A stretch of 64,000 nt of DNA. Source: Podarcis melisellensis (Eukaryota). The notes beneath the pieces were generated by a model. That model saw only the letters and a list, made by a program, of their open reading frames with translations. It was not told the origin of the DNA and searched no databases. Positions 13,254-26,772 of this stretch are shown piece by piece; within the stretch, counting starts at the first letter, position 1; the number at the start of each line of letters is the position of its first letter. The stretch is from NCBI GenBank assembly GCA_964234715.1, contig OZ174277.1, one strand, 5' to 3'. The position numbers were made by a program, and so were the translations under genes.

Positions 13254-14390
13254 GTACGCTCAAATGGAACATTTTGAATGGGATTGTTCTACACCTTTCT
13301 ACCTGAGGAGTTTTTCAGGGATAATACATATGGCATTCAATATATTCAAAATACTCAGAGATGAATGTTCAGCTAGAGCTAGATGCCAACTTTTTTTAAA
13401 CAAAAATGATTAGATTAGATTAGATTAGCGGTTATGAGCTTTGCAATGATATCCAAAAGATGCATTTTGTACTGGGAAGGAGGACAATAGGCCAAGGCTG
13501 TTCTGGTCTAAAGCCCTTATTCTGTCTAGGCACATAGATGCAGAAAAGAGAGGGGAACATCTTAGGAACAGAGGCCTTATCCTGAGTCATGCCATTGGGT
13601 CATTAAGCTTAGTATTGTCTACAGTGACTGACAGAGGCTCTCCAGGTTTTCAGATGGAGCACTCCCAGCTCTCCTTGGCAGAGGCAAAATTTCCTAGAGC
13701 TCCACAGCACTGAAGCGGCATCTCCCTGGAAGGGCCTGACATCCTATTTCAGTGCATGAAACCAGACAAGGAATGTCCCAGCCTTGCACCAGTAGCAATT
13801 AAGAGTTTCACTTCCCTCTTAAGTCTGATCTGAAGCAGAAGTTTATGTATTTATATATAGTGACATTCCTACCATACATTTAAAGCACTTTGATACCACT
13901 TTTTTGCCATGACTGCCCATTCAGAATGTGTGAGCATCAATTCATTTTTCATAGAATTAGATATAAAGTTATAGTTTATTTCCTGCAGAGCAACCTTGTT
14001 CTGAGAAGCCTGTTTCATCAGAGGGTATTTTGGGGTACTGCAGCTTTTTACTGCCTTTCTAACCAGTAGCTCACCCTCTGCTTGTCCCTTATCTCTGACT
14101 GCGAGAAACTTTGTAAACCTGGAGCTTTTTTTAAAGCCTTTGTCTTCTTCCTCCTCCACCTCCTCTTTCTTCTTTTCATGCAACACTGTGGAAAGATGAA
14201 AAGAGAAAGAGAGATTCTGCTAATTAGAAATGTCAGAAAATACCCTTTGTTTTGCATACAGATGACCCTGACTGAGTCAGAGCCAGTATGTTTTGCTTTC
14301 AGTTCAGGTTACCTGAAATAAGTTTACTTTTGTTTCCAGTGCTATAATTGGCATGTCTAATGCACTTCAACCGTTGTGTTCTTGCTTCAG

Positions 14391-14482
14391 AGTGCTATAG
14401 CGAGAGCGAGCATGAAGATCTAGAAATAAACGTGGAGACGCCACCCCCTCCGTATTCCGATCAGCTGCCGCCGCCTCATTTG
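14391..14482 (+). CDS. IPCEF1: IPCEF1 exon (ECYSESEHEDLEINVETPPPPYSDQLPPPHL)
   Basis: cttgcttcag|AG TGC...TTG|gtatgt; human ECYSESEQEDPEIAAETPPPP. Confidence 0.93.
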
Positions 14483-17400
14483 GTATGTATTATAGTAATT
14501 AGCTAGCTTCTGTTTGCTAAATGGCTTGTACAAGTGTCACCCTATCCAGTTCGCAAGATGCCACTCTGATAAGTAATCTGCAGGAAAGCACTGTACATTT
14601 CTTATCCACTCCGTCGAGACAATAAATGCAAAACACTCTTTCGCCATTTATTAATTAAATTGTTGTCCCATGTTTCCTCCAAAGAGCTCAAGGTGCTATA
14701 CGGGTTCTGCCCCCACCCCCATTCCCCCCCCTCACAACAGCCCTGTAAAATAGCTGAGGGTCACTCAGGGAGCTTAGACTTCCATTCTAACCCTGGCCAC
14801 CAGAAGGGTCACTAGCACTGCATCCACTGTGCATGGTGGCCAAAATGGAAGTCAGGCCCACACTGGGCCTGACGCCGTCACCTGATGGCATTGCGGTCAG
14901 CTTGGGAACCAATGAATCCAGACCCAGCTCAGCCCCTCCCTACCCTCAGAATGCCCTGTTTGGGGGCATTCCACTGACTGTCACCCACTAGTATCCTACA
15001 TGTGGCTCTCTTGCAGGGCCGGCCCACCCATGAGGCCAGGTCAGGTGACCGCCTCAGGCAGCAAGATCTGCAGGGGCTGTGGATCCCAATGTCAGTCTTT
15101 CTTCCCTCCTGACGTAGGTCTTCACTCACCCCTTCTTCCCTGCAGGGAGGCTAAAGAGTAGGTTTTCCCAGGGAAAGCAGCGGGGTAAAGTGTGTATAGA
15201 AAGCACAATAAAGCCAGAAAACCTCTCAGACTCATTATTTCAAGGCATGGGGCAAGCGGAAGTATGGACGAGTTTTAGTCTGACATTCTCGCCATCACAC
15301 CACAGTGCGGACATCTCTTGGCTAAATACACTGTTATATGCTGAAAGCAAATAACAGTTATCACAGCCAAATAGTTACTAAAGCCTTCCCAGGCAGCCTT
15401 ATTTCCTTTTGGTTTAGAGAGAAGAACAAGCCTCTCACAGCAGGTAGCACATGGCTTAGGATTGCTGCAATTCTGCCAGAAGTTTGTTTTTAAAAATAAA
15501 TAAATTTGAGGCAGGTGTACAAAAACCCACTTTGCTTTTGTTGAATGAAATGCATCCCAGGATGGGTCTAGCACTTTCAACACTAGCACATTATTTATTC
15601 TCACAATACTGCAACAATTTTGAACCAATCTTCTTCTATAACCTATTCCACCCCTCCTATTCACTGTGCCCAGTTGATAGCAGTTTCCTCTAAATCATGG
15701 ATTTCTGTCCTTAAATAACTTCGCATCCAGGTAGAGCTCAGGAAGACAGGTGCTTGGCTTGTGCAATTGTCAGTTATGCCAGACTTTGCTGGTGCTAAAT
15801 TTGGTTTTATAGTGTTCGGATATTGGGTCATTCTGCTGCCAACCCCCTCTCCTAATTCAACCCCCTTGTGTTTAAGGAAGATAAGGAAATCACTGGCGCC
15901 TCCATCCTCATTAAATTCAAGAATAAGCTGGCAGTGGATAAATTTACAGTAATATCAAATTAAAGATACAGGGTTGTATCCAGAGTTACTTTTCTACATA
16001 GAGAAAGCCTCCTGTTCACAGAAGTGACTCCATAATCTAGTGAGTTGCTTGCAGCTCAGGTATGTTAGCATAAGCCAAAGAATGCTGCTGTTTGTTCTCA
16101 GTTTCATATTTCACCACATGGCTTATAAACAGCAATATAAAGCCATATTAAAATGTAATATTAAAACTTAATGGTTGATATTATTTTTTTTGCATAACAG
16201 CCGTGAATAAAGGAGCCTCATATTTTTCAACCTCAACCACTGTCCCATTCCAAGGACAGAAATTATTTCCCTCTCCCGCAGTGCTATGTAACAGGCATTA
16301 ACCTCTTCCACATCTTTTGACAAAGTGAAGTGCTTGTTAATTTCATTCTGACTTCAAGGCCACTAACAGCAGTCAGTCTGCCTGCTTCCAACATGTCTGC
16401 AAGATCATTTCTTCCCATCAGTCCCGCCCCCATCATATGAGAGAGAACTTGTAGGAAGGACTAGGATGTAAGACCTGACAAACTTTTTCCTCCTTTTTGA
16501 TTGCCCCCCCCCATCAATATTATTGAGACTTTTTATCATGCTCCTTTTTGAGAAAGCTACTGAAAGAAAGAGGTAATGAGTTGAAGGCCAGAGGACAGCA
16601 AGCTCCCTTGATGCAGTCACCTTTCTTTCTCTGTGTTGGTGCCCTGGGCTACAGCTCAGCTGATACACCTGGGGGTTGCAGTTTGGGTCTGAGGCCTCTA
16701 GTCGCTAATCATATGAGCATAAGATGAGCCCTGCTTTATCAAACCAAAGCCCTATCCAGTCCAACATCCCGTTTTCGCAGTGGACTACCAGGTGTCTACG
16801 GGAAATCGACAAGTAGGACATGAGAATAACAGCACCGTCCCTGGTATCCAGTGACATTTTGCCTCTGTTGCTGGAAGGAGTACATTTTCCTCACAACATT
16901 TATTTATTTAAAATGTTTCTATATCACTTTTCCTCTGCAGAGAAAACACCAAAGCAGTTCACACTATTGGAAACAAAACAATAAAACCCAACTCATAACT
17001 TCCCAGTAATCAAGGCATCCTGGTACTCGCAGGGTGCGCCATTTTGAGGTTCGCTTCGGATGCCAGGATGTCTTGAGCCGGCCCTGGAATGAGTAGGACC
17101 AAAACTTTGCTGTTGTCTCCATTTTAAGAATGCATCAGGCAGATTCATAGTTTTGTGTTTTGCTTTCACTGCGTGTGCTTTTCAAATGTGGGAATCTCTG
17201 TAAAGGCAGAATGTAAGTATCTAAAGCAGGGATAGTCCGTATTACTCAGTGATTATGTGATCATTTACTTGGTAATTAATTCCAAGAGTAGATGCGCTTC
17301 TCTGTGTTTAGCCACCAACCAGATGGAAACAAATGCAAATTAGTATTTTGAGTTGGGGGTGGGGGTTTTACAAGTTTCCTTAAACAGGCAAGAAAATGTT

Positions 17401-17876
17401 TATTTGCAAACTCCCCCATTTCTACTTGAATGGAACAGTCATTTCAAGACAATAGACTACAAATATTTCCAGGTGGGCTGTTAAGGTGCAACATATCTCT
17501 TTAGTCTGAAATAGACCCCTCAGGGCTCATTAATCTTCCAAAGAATACTTTTTCCATTTACTAACACTAACACCTGCATTTTATAATATTCTTCCTTGGG
17601 TGTTTATTGATAGATGGGAGTCATGAAGCAGTTGAAAAGTTAAGTGTAGATCATTTTAAGTAAGAAAATCATGAGGATAATAATTTCCACTTTTTATTTT
17701 ACTGTTGAATAAAATCTGTTTGTGATATAGAAAATTGCTCAGTCAAAAGTTCAGAGAGTTTAAAAAAGAAATGCTTATGAATGGGAAAAGGGCAGTTTAC
17801 TCTTGCAGCTACACAAGTAACATGCACCATCTTCAACAGTTATCTGAATCTCCATGAGACTATTAACATTCTATGG

Positions 17877-18128
17877 AAGGGTAGGCAACCTAAGGCCTGG
17901 GGGCTGGATGTGGCCCAATCACGTTCTCAATCTGGCCTGCGGACGGTCCAGGAATCAGTGTGTCTTTACATGAGTAGAATGTGTCCTTTTATTTAAAATG
18001 AATCTCTGGGTTATTTGTGGAGCACAGGAATTCATTCATTTCCCTCCCCCCCCCAATATAGTCCGGCCCCCCACAAGGTCTGAGGGACAGTGGACCAGCC
18101 CCCTGCTGAAAAAGTTTGCTGACCCCTG
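17877..18128. mobile_element. hAT-type MITE
   Basis: Imperfect TIRs (aagggtaggcaac / gtttgctgacccctg); 8-bp TSD ttctatgg/atctatgg. Confidence 0.7.
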
Positions 18129-19809
18129 ATCTATGGTATTTAATGCTCTTAAACTGAGTTGGTATGCTTGGCTACAGACTCCTCTTGCCTTGCATTCCAT
18201 TTTGTGATCTGCTTCAAAAAAAACCCAACCAATTTATTTCTACATATATAAATAGGAGGGAGATTTATGGCCAAAGCAGATGATTAACATTTCATTGCTG
18301 ACTCTTCTGAGTCTGTTAAGTCTTATTGGCATATAGTGTATCAAGATCTGTTCCACTTCACCACAGCAACATTTCATGTGGCATTTCCCCCTAAGTTAAA
18401 ACTACAGATATACATTCTTAAGCATCCCAGATATTAATAGCATTGCCTAGGAAGGAGCACGTCTCTCCTTGGTGTGTTTCATGCATCCTTCTACTTTGTA
18501 TTCAGTCTGGAATAAATGAACTCCCCATTTACCTTTTAGTCCTACTTGTATCAGAACTCTGGACTATCTAAATTGTTCTAAAGATTTATGAAGTCCAGAA
18601 TATTCAAGCCTGGAAAGCAGATTGCTGGGCCAATATGGCGAAGCCAGAGCAGGGAGACTTCAACTGTAGCTGTCATGGGGAGATAGTTCCTGGAATCTGC
18701 CTGGATAATATTTATTAACTTGGCAGCAGCAGAGGCCTTTCTCATTGCCTCAAGCTCATCCCAACTTCTTTCTTTCTTTCTGGCAGAATTTATATGAGAT
18801 GTACTCCTTCTTTGATTTCTTACTCAACCTTCACTGTATGGTCCCAGGCGTGGCCTAAAACAACATAAAAATACAATATTAAAATCAGTTAAAACATTTA
18901 ATTCATTCATTCATTAATTAGTTAAATAATTAATTCCTAAATCACCCTCCATCCAAGGATCACAAGGTGGTTTACAATATGAAAACACAAAAATATGTAA
19001 TGTTGTAACAGGCAAAAACAACACACCCCCCCAGGTTAAAAGGCTGTAAATCATTTAATTAGCCATAGGATCAAAATAATAGTGTGTGTGTGCATGTGTG
19101 TGTGTGTGTTGGTTATATCCTACTTTATAACTCCAAGTGTTTCTCAAAGCAGCTTACAAAAAATTCTCACAATAAAATTAATATCAAAGAAATGCCCCCA
19201 TGGTGACAGGGATTATTCAGGTGGCATTTCCTGCTTGATCTTCCTTGATTGTTCTCTGAGGTAAAGGAGAAGGACTGGACAAATATAAATATATATCAGG
19301 AGTCAAAAGCCAGGATAAAGGGGGGAGTTTTCAGCATATGGCAAAAACTATAGAACGGAGGTGCTCGTTGCACCTCTGTGGGGAGGGGATTCTGTGGCTT
19401 AGGAGCTGCCATAAGAATGCCCTCTCTCAGGCCACTACCCCTGACCTTCTGAGAGCAGTAGAACTACCAACAAGGTCCCCTCTGCTGATCTAAACCCCTG
19501 AGAAAGTCTGTAGGGAAGGAGACAGTCTTTCACACATTTATGAGGTTATCTCCATGTCTACCTGATGCCTTCTGTTTAAAACCAGTACTGTTTGGAGGAA
19601 ACAATATTTGGCTGAGTGAAACTGAGGCAAAATTAAGCAAAGGAGCCATACCACTCACTTGTATACTATATGGTAGGCCCAAGTTCACAGGAAGTGTCCC
19701 AGGTGAAGAGTATGATTTCAAATTCGCTGATACTTGTCCCCTTATATTGCCACCCATGACCAGCTTTTGACTTGACTTTATTCCACCCCACCTTCTTGTT
19801 TATTCTCAG

Positions 19810-20197
19810 AAACAGGACCAGGAAGAGCCTTCCTTGACATCACATGCATCAAGTGAAGTATCATGTTCTTTGTCCTCACCGGAAAGCCTGATAAAGTCTG
19901 AAGGATCCTCTTCTTCCTCGTTGTCCAAAGTATTGTATCCAGACAGACAGTCGTGGCTCGACATCGTGAACAACTCTTCCCCTGGGGAAGAAATGGACAA
20001 TCAATCTTCAGCTGCCTCTGGCGACTCTCAGGATACTGATCACTTGGTAACAGGCTGTAACAAAACACTGGAAAGTGGGACTGTCAAACCCGACTGCAGC
20101 TTTCGGGTCTCTTCGAATGAGGCTACATCTACATTATGCAGTGCTAAGGCTAGCCTACCTGTGCCTAGAATAGCAGCATCAAAAACTCAGACTAAAG
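19810..20197 (+). CDS. IPCEF1: IPCEF1 Ser-rich linker exon (KQDQEEPSLTSHASSEV...SKTQTK)
   Basis: tattctcag|AAA...AAAG|gtgagt; open 388-nt frame matching ORF 19834-20217; phases 0/1 fit the flanking exons. Confidence 0.88.
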
Positions 20198-21205
20198 GTG
20201 AGTCAAGCAGTAGGTGATCTGTTGGCCCTACAGTATTGGTCTTCCTGCCTTGACCCATAAAGAGGCAGAGCTCACTTGTAGCCTGTTTGCTTTACCGGCA
20301 GACAGTCCCAGGTTCAGTCACCAGCATTTGGTGCCATATCTACTCTTAAGTTGTAGTGATTGATCCAACAGTTGGACCTGCCCCCTCTTCTTTCATTTAG
20401 TGATGGTATGGGTGAAGGAAGCAACGTGATTTGTTGAAACCAGCCTAGGGCTTGAAATGAATGAATTCTTGTCTGTATAAATAGATCAAATTGAACGACC
20501 ATTGTTCAACTTAAATCTCACTTCACAAACTCCTTTTACCCAAGGTAAACTGTGGGATCCCATTATCTTTTCCTCTATGAAAGCAGCAGCACAGGGAAAC
20601 TGATCCCGCCCCCCACCCTGCCCCACAAACAAAAAAGAAAGGGTTAAACATTATGTTTCTGTTCATCCTGACTTGCAGCCTGCCAAGACTACTTCCTGGA
20701 TTTAATTTTTTTTTAAAGTAGAGGAGGAAAAATAAACAGAAATCTCTGTGGCTTCTTGTTTGTGTGTGAGACTGTGAGGCTATAAACAAGCATTTTGAGT
20801 ACGTGCCCCTCTGTCCATAGGCTTCTCTTCCAATTTACAGGCCTTTGGGGGGGCGGTGGGGGGGGGAGCAGTGTCCAACCACTGCCATTTTTATTTCCTT
20901 TGGCAGTTGTTGATACAGCAAGACTGGTTATAATAGAGAACGAAAAAGGGGGACGCTTTAGAAAATGAAACATCGCTGCAACATAATGAGACATTATTTA
21001 TAATAGTATAATAGCCCCTTCAACTGGTGCTCTCCCAATAGTTTAGACATAGGCTGTGCAAATGCCATACTTTTACAGCACCCCCTTCTACAAAGAATCC
21101 TAGTAACTGTAGTCTGAGTCGTGGAAACTCAAGCTCTTTGAGGAGTAAGCCATAGTTCCTAGAATTTGTTGAGTGGGGAATGAGTTTAAACGTCTGATGC
21201 ATATA

Positions 21206-21445
21206 CAGTGGTAACTCAGTTTATGAACTTAATCCGTTCCGGAAGTCCGTTCTTAAACCAAAACCGTTCTTAAACCAAGGCACACTTTCCCTAATGAGGC
21301 CTCCCGCCGCCGGTGCCCTTCCACTGTTCTGATTCCGTTCTTAGACCGAATAAAGTTCCCAAACCAAGACAATATTTCCAGTTTTGCAGAGTTTGTAAAC
21401 CAAATCGTTCTTAAACTGGACTGTTCTTAAACCGAGGTATCACTG
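21206..21445. mobile_element. Tc1/mariner-pogo (Tigger-like) MITE
   Basis: TIRs CAGTGGTAACTCAGTTTATGAAC / GTTCTTAAACCGAGGTATCACTG; TA TSD on both sides. Confidence 0.85.
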
Positions 21446-22717
21446 TACAGCCTACAATTCCCATTTGCCACAACAACCCTGTGTTTCCTGCAAGCTCTCC
21501 TTGAATGCCCCTACAACTTCCATAAATTTGGGGAAGGGATGCACTGGGGGGGGGGGGGAGAGCCTGAAGTAGCATGAATCTTCATGAGAACCCTGGTCTA
21601 AATGTTTCTATCATATGAGACCAGAGCTTGTTGCTTCATTCCTGGGGGGTGGGCAGAGTTCCTTGCCTTGAGGGGAGGCAGGGTGGCTGGTTACACAAGA
21701 GAGCAAGATCTTTGGTGCACTTTGATAACTGCTAAGCGGCATTGTGCTGGTTCCAGGGGTGACCACTTCCTTCCTCTAAACTTTAACTGATGTTCTCAAG
21801 CAAATGCTCAATGGTGATAAAGGCTCAAATGTCTGATGAACATAGGGTTTGTTCTGATATCCAGCACCACAATGGACACCCTAGTTTGACATCATCAGAG
21901 TTGTTATGAGTTGGGATCTATAGATTGTTTTTGTTGTGATTGTCTGTATGTTACACTCTCTCTCACACACTGTTAATGTTTAATTATTTAAAATATTTTT
22001 TTCTATGTTTTTAGCTATTCTTATTTTATCTGTAAACTGCCTTGAGTCCCTGTCAGAGAAAGAGGTGGGGTATAAATAAATATAACAACAACAACAATAT
22101 AACCCATTGATGAATTTTTTAAAAAAAAATTTAAATTTTATTTTTACTGAGTATAGACTAAATGAAACACACACATTCACAGCCAATTCTTGCTCTGTGG
22201 TCAGTGTATGTGAGTTTTCAGAAACACTTTATGCAGGTGTACATTTATAAATTCTGATGCGACTTTCTGTTAATTTTATGCAACTGCTTTTTACAATGAG
22301 TAGGAAAGATTTTTTTTTTTGGCCATAATTAGGGCATGTTTAATGAGGCAGTGATATGCACAGGAAATGCTGCTGCAGCAAATTGGCCCCAGTATTGCTC
22401 TTTCCTGTCATGGTCTTGCGACACAACCAACTCTTTTCTTCAGTATTGTCTATATTTAGCTCTTGTCCGAGTACAATTGACAGGGTGTTATCTTTGCGCA
22501 GCGTTGCGAAATGACTAAATGCACACGTTAGGAAGTAGTCAAATACAAATATTTGCAGATATACCATAGAGCTAAATCTTTGCTGTTTTAAATGTGGGGA
22601 AAATAAGTTTAGGAAAACTTGGAAGAGATTAAAAGAAAGCCACTCTAAATAAATAAATAAATAAAATCCTTTGTATGGTCACTTGAGAGCTAGTAGACAA
22701 ATAAGGAGCACACTTAG

Positions 22718-23020
<303 letters not shown>

Positions 23021-23214
23021 TGAGTGTAATTTTTAGCAGCCTCAGAAAATCCCTGAAATCATGATTGTGTTTATAATCTGGGTATTCTTTTAAAAAAATA
23101 TTGAAGGACAATGTTATCTTCTTTGGTCTCCAGAGCCAATAGCTTGTAGAGGAGAACAATCCAGATATGAGAGACCTCTAGTGGTCAACTCACATTTCCA
23201 GTTTCACAAACTTC

Positions 23215-23215
<1 letters not shown>

Positions 23216-23262
<47 letters not shown>

Positions 23263-23264
23263 TC
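23216..23264 (+). repeat. (TTTC)n microsatellite forming the polypyrimidine tract of the last IPCEF1 intron
   Basis: About 12 TTTC units directly before the AG at 23265-23266. Confidence 0.95.
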
Positions 23265-23266
23265 AG

Positions 23267-23470
23267 TGCAAGGAACATGACTTGGCCACGATTAACCAGT
23301 TGTTGGAGGATCCTGAGCTAACAGCAAGGAAGTACAGAGAGTGGAAGGATTCAAACACCATGTTGGTCCAAGATATCTATCAGCAGCAGGATGTTCTGAA
23401 CACGCCTGAAGAAAATAGCACAGAAGCAGAGACGATGCTGCAACCATCTTTCATCGAAAGCACTATCTGA
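23267..23470 (+). CDS. IPCEF1: IPCEF1 last coding exon (CKEHDLATINQLLEDPELTARKYREWK...SFIESTI*)
   Basis: (TTTC)n-cag|TGC; TGA at 23468-23470; human CKEHDLAMINQLLDDPKLTARKYREWK...VENSI. Confidence 0.95.
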   Translation, partial: CKEHDLATINQLLEDPELTARKYREWKDSNTMLVQDIYQQQDVLNTPEENSTEAETMLQPSFIESTI

Positions 23471-23606
23471 GGGACGTGGACTGTGTGGTACTTTCCTCAC
23501 ACTGTCTGTCTTCATTTACAAATAGTTTAAGCTGCTACAGTTTCCGGTTTTGTTTTTCTAGTGGAGAACTCAACCCGTTAGCCAGAGCATTATTTCTTAT
23601 CTCAGT

Positions 23607-23772
23607 ATTAGGAACATAGGAAGCTGCCTTAAGCCAAGGCAGTCCATCTAGCTCAGTGTTGTCTACACTGGCCGGCAGGAAGGGATTTTCCCCAGCCCTT
23701 CCAGGGCACGCCTGGGATTAAACCTCAGACCTCCTGCATGCAAAACGGATGCTCAACCCTGAGCCCTGGCTC
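23607..23772 (-). mobile_element. Old tRNA-headed SINE fragment (similar copies near 13560, 28060, 33075, and in opposite orientation near 36410 and 3025)
   Basis: Recurrent motif ggaacataggaagctgcctt...tccatctagctcagt.ttgtctacactg...ctgcatgcaa. Confidence 0.6.
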
Positions 23773-26268
23773 TTCACCATTCTATCTTCCTTTAAGTGAG
23801 TGATTTACCTTATCTTCCTTCAAGACAGAATGCCACTACCCAAGTGGTGACATCACAGTGGTGATGTCACAGTCTTTGTGAACTTTGGAGGAGAGCAATT
23901 ATCTGGGAGTTGGAATTCCATTTTTTAAAAATGGCTGACCTTCATAACACAAATGTTTTAGCAAGCACAACATCTGGACATTAATGGTTTTAAAGAGTAT
24001 GTACATAGTGTAAATAAGAAGTTCATGATTATTTTAAAGTTTGTTAAGAGAAGTAAAAAAAAAGAATTGTAGAAATGCTGCCGGGGTTCAAAAAAACAAA
24101 CAAACCACCCTTTTGTTGTAGCTTGTCTAAACTTCCATAAAGATTATAACCTCTGCTGATAACAGGATGGTGCCTGTCTTCTGTTAAAAAGCCTTGTCAT
24201 CTGTTGAGTGAACACCTTTTTGCAATCATAGCATCACTGTATTTATGAATGGCCAGAAAAAAAGCTGTTTCCTTACATCATCTGGGGAAAGTTGCATTTG
24301 AATTGTTTTTCATGCCAAAATAAATTCTGCAGCATTGTGCAAACTCTATTAGGTTTCTGGGTTGTTGTTTTTCTGTTTTATGGAACAGAGTGCTAAAGAT
24401 TCTTACAAAAGAAAAAGAAAACTTCTCAATATGAAAGTACATACTTTGCAGGGAGCTTCAAAAGGATATAATTTTTTGTTATTGTTGTTAATTTGCAGCA
24501 GAATGCATCTGGCTGACTTACCCTACAAATGCATGTTGTTGCTTACTACCCATATTCACTGTACAGTATTGCTAAAGATTCAGTTTTGTCCCTGGTGCTG
24601 ACTCCAGCCATTAAAGGCAATGCTTCTTCCACTTTGCATAGCATTTCTCCCCTGGGTTTAGTTTCAATAATATGCCAGAGTGTGATGGAATGTTGGGAAC
24701 CAGCCTGAATACCGGCCTGCATCATATGTTCACCTGCAAACATTTTCTGCATGATAGGAATTTTTGTCCATCCATCTCCTGCCCACCATGGAGGAGGGGT
24801 TGTCAAATGTGGTTGTAGTCAGTGATCTTGTAGTGAAATGGACCATGCCATGATGCTACAGGTGCTATCACATCAGTGAATAAAATGATACAGGTCAACA
24901 CAGCCAATCAAATCTTGCAACATGATGATGCCATTGAAGGCAGCAAAGGGCAACACAGAATTCAGGATAAATGAATATTTTTACAAGGACTGGCAAAAAT
25001 GAAAAGGGGAAGCACATTTTGGCATTACCCTCCCCCACAAAAATTTAAAAAATGGTTCGGTTTTTTGGCTCAGTTCCAGCTGAGTCCCAGAAAAGCAGTC
25101 AACCTGAGGAATCTCTTGTTTACAAATAAGCAAATAAACCCATTGTAATTATAGAAAGCATTCTTTAATTTATGTGAGGTGAATTTTCTAGCAGGAAGGA
25201 AGGAAATTCTTTGGCTTTCTTGCAACGTTAAGTTAGAATAGTATTTCCTGGCTTGTGTGAAGCACTGGTAACGGAATATACATCTCCAATTAAATTTGTT
25301 CATCTTGACTGAGCTGTTTTTTGGATTGGGGCAAGTTCTGCTTTTTAATAATAACGCCTTCCTGACATTGTCCCAAAGTCCCCCACTTTATTGCAAGTGG
25401 GAGAAGGCAGGCTGAAACTGCTTTTGCCCTTAAGATTTCATATAAGCAGAGAATGTACAACTGTTTCTTTTCTTTTCTTTTTCTTCTGGTAAAAACAAGA
25501 CAATTCCAAGTATGAGTGCCAGTCTGGTATACATTGCAACCAGTGGTGCCAACTTGAATGAAGTATTGGGGGAGGCATTTAAGCCCTGCTACACATAATT
25601 GATCACAAGACGTGCAGATGCACACCATTTGAATGGCAATGCCAGTCAACTTTTGGGGGCCCTCAAATATTTGGGGGGGGGGTGAAGGGCCATCAGCCCC
25701 TAGTCACTGGCTCCTATGATTGCAGCAGGTCTGGCCAAACCCAGGTCTGTGGTCAGGTGTGATGGGGTTGTAGTTCAACCAGATCTGGAGAGGACCACAT
25801 TTTACAACCCCTCCTCTAAGCACTTCACCACTCTGTTTAATGCTAGTAGTGCTGTTGGAAGGTACCCCGAGGGTTTTCTAGTCCAATCCTGTGCAGTGCA
25901 GGAACCACAACTAAAGAATTTCTGGCAGATGGTCCACCAACCTCTGTTTAAAAACCTCCAGTGAAGGAGATGTCAGTCTAGCCAAGCTGAATTAAGTACT
26001 TCCAGAAACGCACTCCTCCCAGAGCAATCCTGTCTTGCTCCCAGGTAAGTGTGCATTAGGACTGCAGCCTAGAGATTGCACCTTTAGTAAAAAAGGACTC
26101 CTGTTGTGATTGCAAACTTAAGAATTGACTGAACATGGTAAAGAAATGGGTTTAATTTATTGTCTGTGACATGACTTATTCTAAATGCTTTTGAAGATGC
26201 AAAACAAAGTGTTCTAATATCTATGACAAAACAACAACAACAACAAACCTATAGTTACGTGAAACATA

Positions 26269-26520
26269 CAGTCATACCTCGTGTTGCGTTTGCTTCAGGT
26301 TGAGCGTTTTCAGGTTGCGTCCTGCGGCGACCCGGAAGTACCAGAAAGGGTTACTTCCAGGTTTCGTCGCTCGCGCATGCGCAGAGGCTCAAAATGACGT
26401 CACACACATGTGCAGAAGCGACAAATCGTGACCCTCGCACGTGCAGATGCGAGTTGCATTCTGCTCAGGTTATGAACGGGGCTCCGGAACGGATCCCGTT
26501 CGCAACCAGAGGTACCACTG
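26269..26520. mobile_element. Tigger-like MITE nested in the Penelope-like relic
   Basis: TIRs CAGTCATACCTCGTGTTGCG / CGCAACCAGAGGTACCACTG; TA TSD; CpG-rich, so relatively young. Confidence 0.85.
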
Positions 26521-26708
26521 TACTCAATAAACACACAAGACGTAACCAGCTGTACTTTTGAATAAATAAGGTATACTATTCATTGTATCAAATTGTATCA
26601 AACCAATATTATGCTTGTCCGTATAATCCTGCTTTGTAACAGTCACTGCTTACTGCAACCACTACTATGCTATAAGATCCACTATCCTGTAATCTTACAT
26701 ATGAGCCT

Positions 26709-26772
26709 GTTCTACTGATGAAGCCTAGGATGGCAAAACAAGGCTAAAATTGTGGAAATCCTTGTCTTAGAC
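26709..26772 (+). ncRNA. Type I hammerhead ribozyme-like motif, probably inactive (G12A)
   Basis: CTGATGA 26715-21; stem II GCC/GGC; AAAA in place of GAAA at 26735-38; stem III ACAAGG/CCTTGT; GTC cleavage triplet 26764-66; imperfect stem I TCTA/TAGA. Confidence 0.7.
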
